Shown here: positions 26,941-38,000 of the stretch, piece by piece
Layout: the number at the start of each line of letters is the position of its first letter
How positions within the stretch are numbered: the first letter of the stretch is position 1
Assembly: GCF_964204645.1 (NCBI RefSeq)
Contig: NC_134028.1
Location: forward strand, 13,709,653 to 13,773,652
Length of the DNA: 64,000 nucleotides
DNA from: Tubulanus polymorphus
Taxonomy: Eukaryota > Animalia > Nemertea
Reading direction: 5' to 3'
Notes under the pieces: generated by a model
The model's database searches: none
Told to the model about the DNA's origin: nothing
The model's input: only the letters and a program-made list of their open reading frames with translations
Made by a program: the position numbers and the translations under genes

Positions 26941-28067
26941 TTATTCTAATTTTGTTTCTAATACATTTGTAAATTTATCTTTGTTTATATCAAATTCATC
27001 ATAAGTCTTTGGTATATCTATTGATTCTAGTCGAGCCATCATTAAACTATAATCAGAAGGCATATTAATTTTTTCTCCTATTTTTCAAAGTATTTATCAA
27101 AATCATAATAATAAAAAATCAATATCATATCCAAAATTATTTATCAGATAAGTTGAATCTTTTTTTCTCAAATAAAATAATTTATACATTTGATCAAGAT
27201 AATCGTTTGCATAATCTTGAAATTTACTAAATAACAAATTATAGAATATTTCATATTGTTTATTATAATCATTAAAATTTTTGATATATTCTATTGGGTT
27301 ATTTAACAATGGTAACATACCCACCTTTTTATAAACACTAATTAGATGTAATTTTGATTTATAATGAGTAATTTAATCAACAGGTTCAATTTCATTATTT
27401 TTTTAAAATCACATATTAATTCTTTTTCATGTTCTATGTGCCCCTTAGATTTTTTATGTTTAGAAAAATTACTTTTAGTAATATCTAAATTACAAATGTT
27501 ACAATGTTTTTTAGAATCATCAATTATTTCATTATCTGTTATATCATTATCATTAGTTTCAATTGGGTTAACATTGTTTATAAAATTATCTTTTATATTA
27601 CTATCAGATATATTATTATCATTATTCAATTCATTTATAGTCTTATTCTTATTTTTCTTATGCTTAAGTGAATTAAGATGAGTTGCCCAATTCTTATAAC
27701 TTTTATACTGTTTACATACGTCACAATATTTTTCCTTTGACTTTTTGGTTTTGATATCATATGTAGAGGGTATATTATAAGATGTAGATGCTGTTACATC
27801 TTCTATTTTAGTTTCAATATTATTACTATCTTCTATTTTAGTTTCAATATTATCTTCTATTTTAGATTCAATATCATTCTTATCTTCTATTTTAGGTTCA
27901 ATATTATTTTCTATTTTAGTTTCAATATTCTTATCTATTTCACTTATTCTATATTTGAATTGATTAAAGAATTCTCCAAAATAATTACTATATTCATAAG
28001 GTAATATATAATATATATCTGTTATCATTTCACTTGGAGTTTGTATTTCATATATTCCACCTTCCAT
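26941..28067 (-). pseudogene. Variable protein with matrin/U1-type C2H2 zinc fingers and IETKIED repeats (copy B)
   Basis: YCDVCKQY..NWATHLNSLKH, HCNICNLDI.KSNFSKHKKSKGH and tandem IE(T/P/S)KIED repeats. Continues through a frameshift into ORF 27103-27324. Confidence 0.7.
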
Positions 28068-28128
28068 TTATTATATAAATGTTTATTAAAATTAAAATTT
28101 AAGTTAAAATTTAAATATTTCATAACAC

Positions 28129-29385
28129 TTAATACATAACACTATTTAGTTGAGAATTTACAATATTTAATTGCGCGTCAGATATGATGTAAATGTGCAT
28201 TTTAAAATTTTAAGCTTCCGTTTTTCTTTGTCATGAATAATTGTATCCCATCTTTAGTGTTCTGTAGTTTTTTCCCAGAACTATGTAATGAATTATCCTC
28301 TGTTGTTCTAAAATCTAACCATAATGCATATTTATTACCGGTATAATAATCAATTTGATTAATATTACAATTTTCAGATGATTTTACTTTTTCATTCATA
28401 AAATGTTTTCTAATTTCTGGCCATTGATCTATCATTCTCATTCCTTGACAGAATATTTTTTTTGCTATTCCTTCGATAGTTATTTCTACTTTTGTTATTT
28501 CAGGATTATAATACTTATCAACCTGTATTGCGCAATTAGAATATGTTGCAATAGTAAACAATATTAATATACCTTTAATAGATCCTCTTGGGAAGTTAAT
28601 ATTCTCATTAATTATTTCATCAATTGCATTAATAGTAACAGTTTTAAATTTATCAATATAATCATATAATAATAAAAATCCTTGATTGTATTGAGTTTGA
28701 ATTGTGTTAGCAATATTTTCATCAGTTACTGTATCATATTCCAAACATATATTCGATAATTTATAACCAATATCTTTAACAACGTTAGATAATAAAATTT
28801 CATTTACAGGAGCAAATGTTATTTCGAATATAACATCTTCTTGAATTGCATATTTATATAAAGTGCATTATTATTTATCAATTCAATATCTAATGGAATT
28901 TCATATTTGCTTCCTTAAATTTGCTTGCTCTTTTTAATCAAATTATCTACGTCATTAGCTACTACTGCATTATTGGCTTCAGATCTTAGTTTATTTTGGT
29001 TTTCTGATTGGATGCCTTGAAATATCATATTATTTCTATTTTCTTTAGTTAACCATAACTCTTTATAATGCATAAATAAATTATAATCATCTAATGAGAA
29101 AACTGTTTCTGGACCAATCTATATAGTTAATTTTTTAATCAAATATCTTCCAACATTATCAACAACATAATTATTATTATTACCAGTTACTTTTATATCG
29201 GCTGATAAATAAATACTATTTGGAACATAAAAAGTATTTTGTGTTAATCGAGGAATTCTAACATATAAAGTTTCATCAGGATTAATATTAGAAGGATTAT
29301 TGGTAATTATATGATGAGATCTTTCTGCTTTAATAGCATTAGATATTCTAGAATTCTTAGAAGGACTTATATAACTCCCACTCAT
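28129..29385 (-). pseudogene. Putative double-jelly-roll major capsid protein (copy B)
   Basis: About 415 codons with a beta-rich pattern: ITNNPSNINPDETLYVRIP, NVGRYLIKK, YYNPEITKVEITIEG, ALWLDFRTTEDNSLHSSGK, ISDAQLNI. Size and context fit a PLV MCP; the fold is inferred. Confidence 0.72.
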
Positions 29386-29405
29386 TTATTTAACAAAAAA
29401 ATTAA

Positions 29406-31134
29406 TTATTTATTTTTTATCATATTCACTAAACCAAAAATAATTGCACTTACAACTGTGATTAAAAATAAAATAATATGTTCAGCAGCAAAGTTAATAA
29501 TGTTTCCTGCAGATTTCAATATAAAACCAACAATTGCAACAACTCCGGGTAATGCTGCAGCAGATTTTTTAGATAGTTCCCATAAATATTTTGCTAATTT
29601 TTTTAAACCATCCTTAACTTTATCTTTTAACTTTATCTTGTATAGAATTATTATCATTCGGGGGTTTATCTGGTTTATTAGAATTTGGTGTAGATTTCAA
29701 TGAATTTGATATAGCTAAACCAATTGTTGTAAATACCATAGTTACAGTTGTTAGAATTGAAAGAATTGTTATACCTTCTAACTTAAATAATAATTTTATT
29801 CAATCTTTCAATGATATTTCAGAATTTGGTTTTATTGTCAACTCTTTAAAAATAACTTTTAATCTATTAATATTATAATCATATGATTTTAATAATAATT
29901 TAATTTCTTCTTTCTGTAATTCTATGTTATATTTTAAATCATCTTTTTCGTTTTCTTAACGTAATTCTTTTTGCCTATATTCTATTTCATCAATTACTTG
30001 ACGTTCTAAATCAGACTTTAATTGTTCTATTTCTTTATTTTTATCAGTCAATTCTTTTTCTAAAAATCTAATTTTAATATCTATTTTACTTTTTTTCATG
30101 CGCAATTTTATCAGCTGATTCTTGCATACCTTTAATTTCTCTACGTGCTTGTTCAGGAAATGCTTCTAATTCATCATCAGTTAAATCAAATAATCCTTTT
30201 ACTAGTAAAGATTGTATTCGATTTATTCCAGTTTCAGCACCGGGTGTATCTAAAACACTATTCATCTCTTCTTCAAATGAATTCATTGTATCCAGTAAGT
30301 TATCTGAACGTTTTCCTAATTGTAATTGGCTTGAACAATTATCAATTTGTTGAATATCTCTTCTCGATGTTTCGGTTGTTGAAGATTTTAATTTATCTAA
30401 TCGATCTGCATACTCTTCCATTTCTGGATAACATCAGTAGGATTTGGATTTGGATTTTTAAATGGTGAATATTTGTTAATATCAATATTCTTAATTGGTT
30501 CTTCTTCATTTATTCTATCGATTGCATTCCATATAATTCTGAGAAATTCTGTGCCGCCCTTTGAACGTTCAATTGTAGATCTTGCTAGCATTCCAGGTTC
30601 AAATATATTTTCTTGTCCCATTCTAGATAATTGTATTGATGCAGTTTTGTTATTTAATTCAACATTATAATACTATGAATCATTTTTAAATTCTAAATTA
30701 TTCATGAAAAATTTGTCATCTTCTAAAATTTGCATTACAACACCTTCTGAATCAATTTCATCTATTACAACTTTTGGTAATAATTCGTTAACAATTGTAT
30801 CTATTAATCTACTTTTCATTCCATACAACTGGTCTTTCAAATAAGGATCAGTTGTATTTACTAATTTATTCATTAAATCTTTTCTAAATGTAATGGGTTT
30901 AATAACTTTCCTTTCGGGAGCTGTCATATATTCTTCACGCGTTTTATAATCAATTACACCATCATCTTCATCAGCTAAACTAGAATTATATGATGGATCA
31001 TCATCTTGACCTAAATTAGTATTTTAAGCTGATTCATCATCATTATCAATATTAGTTTCATTAAAATCAGGTTGTTGTTCATCACTTATACCGGGGGCGT
31101 CACCAAAAGTATCCATTGGAATATCTTCTTCCAT
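29406..31134 (-). pseudogene. Large coiled-coil protein with C-terminal hydrophobic/TM helices (copy B)
   Basis: Acidic N-terminus, E/K-rich coil, LFKLEGITILSILTTVTMVFTTIGLAI, KSAAALPGVVAIVGFIL, HIILFLITVVSAIIFG. Confidence 0.75.
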
Positions 31135-32416
31135 TTATATAATAAAAAATTGAATTTAAAATATAATATTCCTCCGTTTACAATTCCTATACAAGTTATA
31201 GCTAATTTAGCATTTTCATGGGATTTATTATCATCATTTAGTTTAATTATTTCATTTTGAATATTATCAGTTCTAATATTTTCTGATGTAGTATAATCCG
31301 GTTTAGAATCATTATTCAATTTAATATTCTTAGTTTTAGTTTCTGTTGATTGAATATGTTTTTTATTTTTTTCACCTTCCATTAATTTTGGAGCTGTCAT
31401 AATCTTTTTATTTATATCATTTAATCCAAATGAATTATTTATTGTTGCAGTCTTAATTAGATTATTATTACCAATTATATTTCCCATCTTTAATACTAAA
31501 TCATTAGAAATGATTAATAGATTAGGGCCTATACAATAACTTAATCTAATATGTGATTTATCTAAATAATTTTGATATCTTACAATGTTTTCTGGAATCG
31601 ATCTATTTTTATCATTATGAATAGAATCTTCAAATAATACTTTAAATTGTTTCTGCGCATCAAATGAAGTGTTATCATAAAATACATATCAAATAAGTTC
31701 TAATAGATTGATTCATTCTTTGTATTCCAGCTTTAGTAAAACCTTCACTATTTTCTAAAATGAAATTAATCCATCCATTATTGTTTTGTTGTTGTATATT
31801 ATTATAATATTTTGGTAATTCATTCCAATTTAGTGTTCTTATATCTGTATTTGTCATTATTTTTCCAAATTCTTTAGTATATAATATTCCTATTCCTAAT
31901 CCACCCTCTAAAATCATTATTTGAATTAATATTAAATTCATTACATGTTTTATAAAACTTAGAAAAATTAATATTATCATTCAATTCTTTAAAATATTTT
32001 GAACCTGGTAAAGGACATTCTTATTCATCTAATATTAATTTTCTTTGAAAATAAGTATGAAATCTAAAACGAGATAACATCAATGGTAAACTTGGTTTAT
32101 TTAAATGATCATTCCAACTAATTCCACATCCTGTTGTTGCGCAATAAACAGCAAAATTTAATTGGTTCTGCCAATACTTCATATTAGATTTTAATAACCA
32201 TTGTTTTGCCTCATTTAAATTTTTAAAATTAATTACGTAAACATTGAATATATTTTCCACCTGAATATTATAATTATTAGTTTCAGTAACATAAATTTCT
32301 AAATTAGTTAATGAATTTAAAACTAAATTTTTATATGTAATACTTGTGTTAAAATCTATAGCAGGAATATTATATTTAATTGATTTATTATATTGGAAAG
32401 CTTTTGGAAACCCCAT
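31086..32416 (-). pseudogene. Conserved PLV protein with C-terminal TM segment
   Basis: WQNQLNFAVYCATTGCGIS, RFHTYFQ, SEGFTKAGIQRMNQSIRTY, FDAQKQF and C-terminal LAITCIGIVNGGILYF. Frameshifted. Confidence 0.7.
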
Positions 32417-32434
32417 TCATATAATTAAGAAATT

Positions 32435-32863
32435 AATAATTTATTAATTCTTTTAACAATTTATCTTGTTCTTCAACTGTTATATGGCCATTTAAACTTA
32501 TTATATAATCTAGTGTATTTTTCAATTTATTAATTTCTTTTATATTAGTTTTAATTTTTTCTTTATTACTTTTTATATTTAATTTTGAACTTATACCAGT
32601 TAAAACACTTGAACTTAAACCTAATACACCAATTGATATAGCTAAAGGTGTTAATGGTGAAAATATTGCTAGAAATGTTATTAACTAATTGTAACTGAAC
32701 CACTGATAATAAAATAATATATAATTTCATTTTTAAAATATTTTTTCTTTTTTATCTTTAAGTCACTTTCAAATTATAATATTTGTTTTTCTAAATATGT
32801 TTTTAATTTAGTTTTATCTATATCATGAGGAATAATATCAATATTATCAACTTTATCATCCAT
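32435..32863 (-). pseudogene. Small two-TM protein
   Basis: MDDKVDNIDI..., hydrophobic IIYYFIISGSVTIS and ITFLAIFSPLTPLAISIGVLGLSSSVLTGI. Frameshifted. Confidence 0.6.
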
Positions 32864-32883
32864 TTATTTAGCAAAAAAAATTA

Positions 32884-33306
32884 CTAATTAGTAAATTTAT
32901 AAGCAACAAATGTAAAAAAAACTGTTCCACCTAAAATCCAAATTATTTCATATTTCTGTTGTTCTTTACTTGGGGTATAATAATCTGATAAATTAGGTTT
33001 GTATAGATGTAATTTTTCTTTATTGGTTACTGCGTTATATAAACTCATTGCATCATCGACTGATTGAAAATCTCTATGTGAAATCTTCTGATCATATAAT
33101 TCCTTGTTAATATAATCCATATAGTTTTGTCTCTTTTCTCTATATTCTTCTGCAGCTTTATTGTATTTCTCTAATGCTAAGTTATGTCTTTTTTGTTCTG
33201 ATAATGATCCATTTTTATCAATATGCTTAAATAAATAACCACCACCAGTAAATGCTAAAGCGTTAACAATTGCCGATCCTATAATAGTTATAATTGCAGA
33301 AGCCAT
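32884..33306 (-). CDS. Conserved PLV membrane protein (N- and C-terminal hydrophobic helices, central coil), 140 aa
   Basis: Intact ORF: MASAIITIIGSAIVNALAFTGGGYLF...EQKRHNLALEK...PNLSDYYTPS...IIWILGGTVFFTFVAYKF. Confidence 0.8.
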   Translation of the reverse strand: MASAIITIIGSAIVNALAFTGGGYLFKHIDKNGSLSEQKRHNLALEKYNKAAEEYREKRQNYMDYINKELYDQKISHRDFQSVDDAMSLYNAVTNKEKLHLYKPNLSDYYTPSKEQQKYEIIWILGGTVFFTFVAYKFTN

Positions 33307-33322
33307 TTATTTAGCAAAAAAA

Positions 33323-33553
33323 TTATGCATTTATATGGGAGGAATATTTGTTTGTTTTTCCAAATAATCAATAGTTAAATTAGATAAAGTAACTGCTAAT
33401 GTTAATTTTAAAATATCATTTATATCAAATCTATCAACATTAACACTTCCCATTTTAAATACTTTTTTTTAATACCATTGAATAACCAACAGTTCCAACT
33501 GAAAATAATGCTCCATTATATAATCCAGTTATTATCCACTTATTACCACTCAT
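33323..33553 (-). pseudogene. Small hydrophobic PLV protein (~75 aa)
   Basis: MSGNKWITGLYNGALFSVGTVGYSMVLKK / DRFDINDILKLTLAVTLSNLTIDYLEKQ. Starts at TAAATG. Confidence 0.6.
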
Positions 33554-33569
33554 TTATTTATCAAAAAAA

Positions 33570-33882
33570 TTACTATTTTCAAAATATTAAGTTATCTTAG
33601 TTATGATTATTTCAACATTTATTTCATTACTACTTTTATGATTATCATATATTTTGGATAATATGTTTTTAATATCATCAATAATTCCATCTTCATTTAA
33701 TTCATAATATTCTAAAGGCGTTTTAATTAAATCAATTACTTTTTCTATATTATAATTTTCTTTATTAATCATTGATGCATTGTTTTTATATCAGTAATTA
33801 CATCATTTAGTTTAATTCTCATTTCTTTACCATGTTTAAAATCAAACCCAAAACATATACTTGGTCCAACAGTTATATTCAT
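33570..33882 (-). pseudogene. Small PLV hypothetical protein (~100 aa)
   Basis: Starts MNITVGPS at TAAATG and includes ORF 33587-33772. Homolog at 18801. Confidence 0.65.
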
Positions 33883-33898
33883 TTATATATCAAAAAAA

Positions 33899-34661
33899 TT
33901 ACTCTTTACATCTTATAACTAATTCATATATCACAGGAAAGTTATTCAAATCGATTAAGTATCCATTGTGATTTCTAATTTCTAATCTAAAATTATTAAA
34001 TTGAGGAATGCTTGGTTTGAAATCACATTCTGTTAAATTATAATTTATTTGTGTTCCAAATTCTTTAACATTCTCCAATGGTAAAATATTTAGTAAACCA
34101 GAATTACAAGTTATATCTTTAGTTGCTTCATATGTTTTTGTAGGATCGATTAAATTGCAATAAATATAAAAGTGTGTAAAAGGTATTAAGTTTTGTGTAG
34201 CATCAGCATTGCGTATCCTTACATCTGGGGTTATTCCTAAAATTTTAGCTAAAGGTTTTTTAACTAGAAATTGATGTTGATCTTCATTACCTAATTTTAT
34301 TCTTACTTTATCGCAGCTATCACTTTTAGTCAGTCTTAATCCAAATCCAGCAGATGCACCCATTTTTGAGCGTGCTCTTTTATTAATTTCTTGAGCTAAT
34401 GTATATATCTAAATTATATAATCCTGGTTTGAGATAAAGATGAAACCATTTATTCTTATTTCTATCCTGAATTAAAAAGACTCTATGTTCAATAGTTTTA
34501 TCCGATACATTGTAAAAAGAATTACATAAACTTACATTAACTTATTTTAAATCTACACAATTCTTAAATTCTCTATCTAATTGTACTAGTAAATTATGTG
34601 ATTTATAATTTGTAAGTCTTCTTGAATCAACAAATATTCTGTATTCTTTTAATTCTACCAT
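33899..34661 (-). pseudogene. Putative minor capsid (penton) protein (copy B)
   Basis: KPGLYNL, LAKILG, FYIYCNLID, LLNILPL, LEIRNHNGYLIDLNNFPVIYEL. One frameshift near 34405. Confidence 0.78.
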
Positions 34662-34675
34662 TTATTTTACATATT

Positions 34676-35029
34676 TTATTCGAAATCTATTTCATGGTGC
34701 CCTTTTTCATTCTTACCTTTGTATATGAAATAGAAATCACCTGAACGTAATTCTTCTAGATCTTCACTTGATAATCTATGAAATCTATCAGGTAAATATG
34801 TTCTGAATTTATATGTATCTCCTTTTAATCCTTCATATTCTAAGTGTATAACTAATTTATCTCCATATTTTTTAGTAACTGTAACAATATTTGTAATTAG
34901 ATATTTCTTATGAATTGTTAATTCTTTTAACTTCTTAAATTTATAATCTACTGATTTGACATTTGAAGTATCTTTTATTCTATCTAGAAATAATATGTTG
35001 TTCTCACTGTTTGCTTGTTTACTCTCCAT
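34676..35029 (-). CDS. PolB-adjacent 117-aa protein, possible OB-fold ssDNA-binding protein
   Basis: Intact ORF with a beta-rich pattern (KYLITNIVTVTKKYGDKLVIHL, FRTYLPDRF, FIYKG). Function is inferred only. Confidence 0.7.
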   Translation of the reverse strand: MESKQANSENNILFLDRIKDTSNVKSVDYKFKKLKELTIHKKYLITNIVTVTKKYGDKLVIHLEYEGLKGDTYKFRTYLPDRFHRLSSEDLEELRSGDFYFIYKGKNEKGHHEIDFE

Positions 35030-35058
35030 TTATAATACATATTTTTATAAAAATTTGA

Positions 35059-38000
35059 TTAACACGTTAGAATTCTTTTCATAATCTCATTCTCTTTTGT
35101 CTCTTCTCTTTTAAATTTTACGTATTCATCTAAATTGCAACCATATGCAACCGTATGAATTCCATCATCTAAAATATATCTTTTATCATCAAATGGATTC
35201 AAACTAACCTTCTCTATTTCTTCAATAAACATTTCGTGGTACTCAGATCTTAAACATCTCATCTTCATTGAATATACAATTGATGTTATCTTTGAAATGA
35301 ATATTCTTTTCTACTACACTTTTGGTAATTCCTTTTAACTTTTTAGATTCATGGGTTTTAGTTTTATATGAATACATTTAAGATCTAATACCAATGAAAT
35401 CTATCATTTCTTCACCACCTAATTCATCCTTGAATTTACCAGGTCGCTTTTTATTATCATTGCTAAACAATTCATGATCTTTAGGATAATTACTGAAATC
35501 AAAATGATGTTTTAATGTTTTTAAATCATCAGTTATGTTATTAGTTTGCAGAGGCGGATCCAGACCGTATTAGCCGTATTGCCCAATACGGTCTAGAATT
35601 TTTAAGTGCCCTTCGAAATTTCACCGGCAATGTTTTTAAAGGCATTATTTCAGCAACCGCTAATTCCGTGTCCGGGTCGTTTATTCTGGATTGCTCTGCA
35701 AGTCTCTAGAAGCCCTCTAAAAGCCTTTAAATGGTACCATATTTTCAAAATTTTCTGGGGGAGGGCCCCCATACCCCCTTCGAAGGACGTCGCGCCTTCG
35801 GCACTCGCATTGACCTGGCTACTGGGTGTGCCCTACGATCAGAAAGGTGCCCTTAAGTTTCCTTCCAATACTGTCTACCCATCCCCCTGGATCCGCCCCT
35901 GGTTTGTATCTTTAATATGTATCAGTATCAAAATATAAGATTTCTATATGTTTTTCTCCAAAATGAGGTTGTAATACATTATAATAGAATTCATACATAA
36001 ATAACTTGGATAATTCTAAAACTGATGCTCCAACATAAATTGGTTTATTAAATTTCATAGAAGTTTTTCTCATTTTAACTGCAGCTAAATTTTCATCAAA
36101 TATTCTGTTACCCATAAATTTAGGGTATGATTGTAAATGCCTTATCCTTTTGCCATTACTTACTAACTCAATATCATTTCTATTTCTAATATTTTCACAA
36201 GTCTTACCATAGAATGCATTATTCATTTACTTGAAGAAATCTTTCTCGAAATCAGTTTTAGCTTCAGTTCGCTGTTTGGTGTTAAAATCTATATATTTTT
36301 CTAACCATTTAGATTGACTAAATGAAATATATCTATGCACTTTTTTTAGGATCATTCCTTGTTTCAAATAAAACTTTAACATTCTATAATGTACTACATA
36401 ATTATATTTATCTTCCCGAGTTACCATTAACTTTTCTGTATGAATATGATTATCGGGTTTAATTCTTTTTTGATAATTTGATAATTCTTCATGAGTAACA
36501 GTTTTATGTTCGGGGCAGTATGCTAGATTTCTAGATTTAAATTTAATATGTTCGGGATATTCTAAATCTACAACAAAGAAGTAACCAGTATCTGAATCAT
36601 CTGCAATATCTAGGATTCTTTTCTTCCAATCAAATTGATCATTATTTCCATGTTGCAAAACTTCACTTATTTCAAATACTCCATAAGGTTGTGGTTCCAT
36701 CATTGCCCAACCATACAAATTATTTGCATCTATATATGATAACTTATATCCAGGGTTATCATTTACTTTGAAATATCTATCGCCTAATACACCTGAAACT
36801 CCTCCTCTTACAGATTTTTCAAATAATAGTAATTGATCTATATTTGTTAACAAATCCATTTTTATATCTGTAAATTTTAAACCACAATCCCATGTCCACA
36901 AGCCCAACCTGGGCTAGAATAACAATGACAAGGATCAATATTAAAAAATTTTAGGTTTACATCTCTAAACCTTTCAAATATATCCGATAATAATAATACA
37001 TCTGATTTTAAATATAAATCTGCTAATGGTCCATGATTTTTCATTCCAAAATAATTCCATATATTCAATGTTCTATTATAAACTTCATCTTTAACATGTT
37101 CATTTTTCAATTCATCATAAAATTGTTCCTTTTTAAGTTCAGTTATATTAAAATCATTATGATTTTTATAAAAACTATATGGTATTGCCTTTATATAGCA
37201 ATAATTTAAAATCACTATTAGTTGGGTAGTGTTGCTTTAATATCTTTAATTCATCATCAACTAATGATTTTGATAAGTTATGTAATGAACTGTTTAAAAA
37301 TCTATATGAATCTATAAATCTTAGGCACCCAAATTGGAATGATATATAATTCTCAGATGTTCTAGCTAACATTTTAAATTCATAAGTTGGTATTTTATCT
37401 TTTGATCTATTTGAATTTAATCTTTTTATTTCATTATTGATTTCTTTCATTTTATGACATAACTGTTTGATAAATAAATGTGCATCATATCCTGATAGAT
37501 TATGAAATATAACTGGAACAAAATTGATTTTCGTTGCTTGCAAATTACAATTCTCATGTGCTGCGCCTCTAAACTTTCCATTCAAATGATCATGGTCTCT
37601 TACTTTTTTTATCTTTATAATTAAATATCTTTTCACAATAATAACATTTATCTGCAAACTCAAATGCTTCTTTATCTTCTTCTGTCATTAATATTTCTTT
37701 ATTTGTATTCAATAATTGACTAAATCTTATTTCATATTCAATTAATAAGTCACAAAAATGATTGATAACATTTTCATTTCTATAATGATAATATTCACTT
37801 TTAATTAGTTCTGGATAATCAGATTTAATATATAACCCGAAAGCTGCAGCTGATTGATGAATCTTTTTAATTGTATTTGTTTTTGGTGGTTCATCTGAAA
37901 AATCATTTTCATTAGAATTTAATTTCTTTCTTTTATAATATATTTCTTTTCTATCTTGATCAGTTAATTCTTTATTTAATGATTCAAAATCTCCATATAT

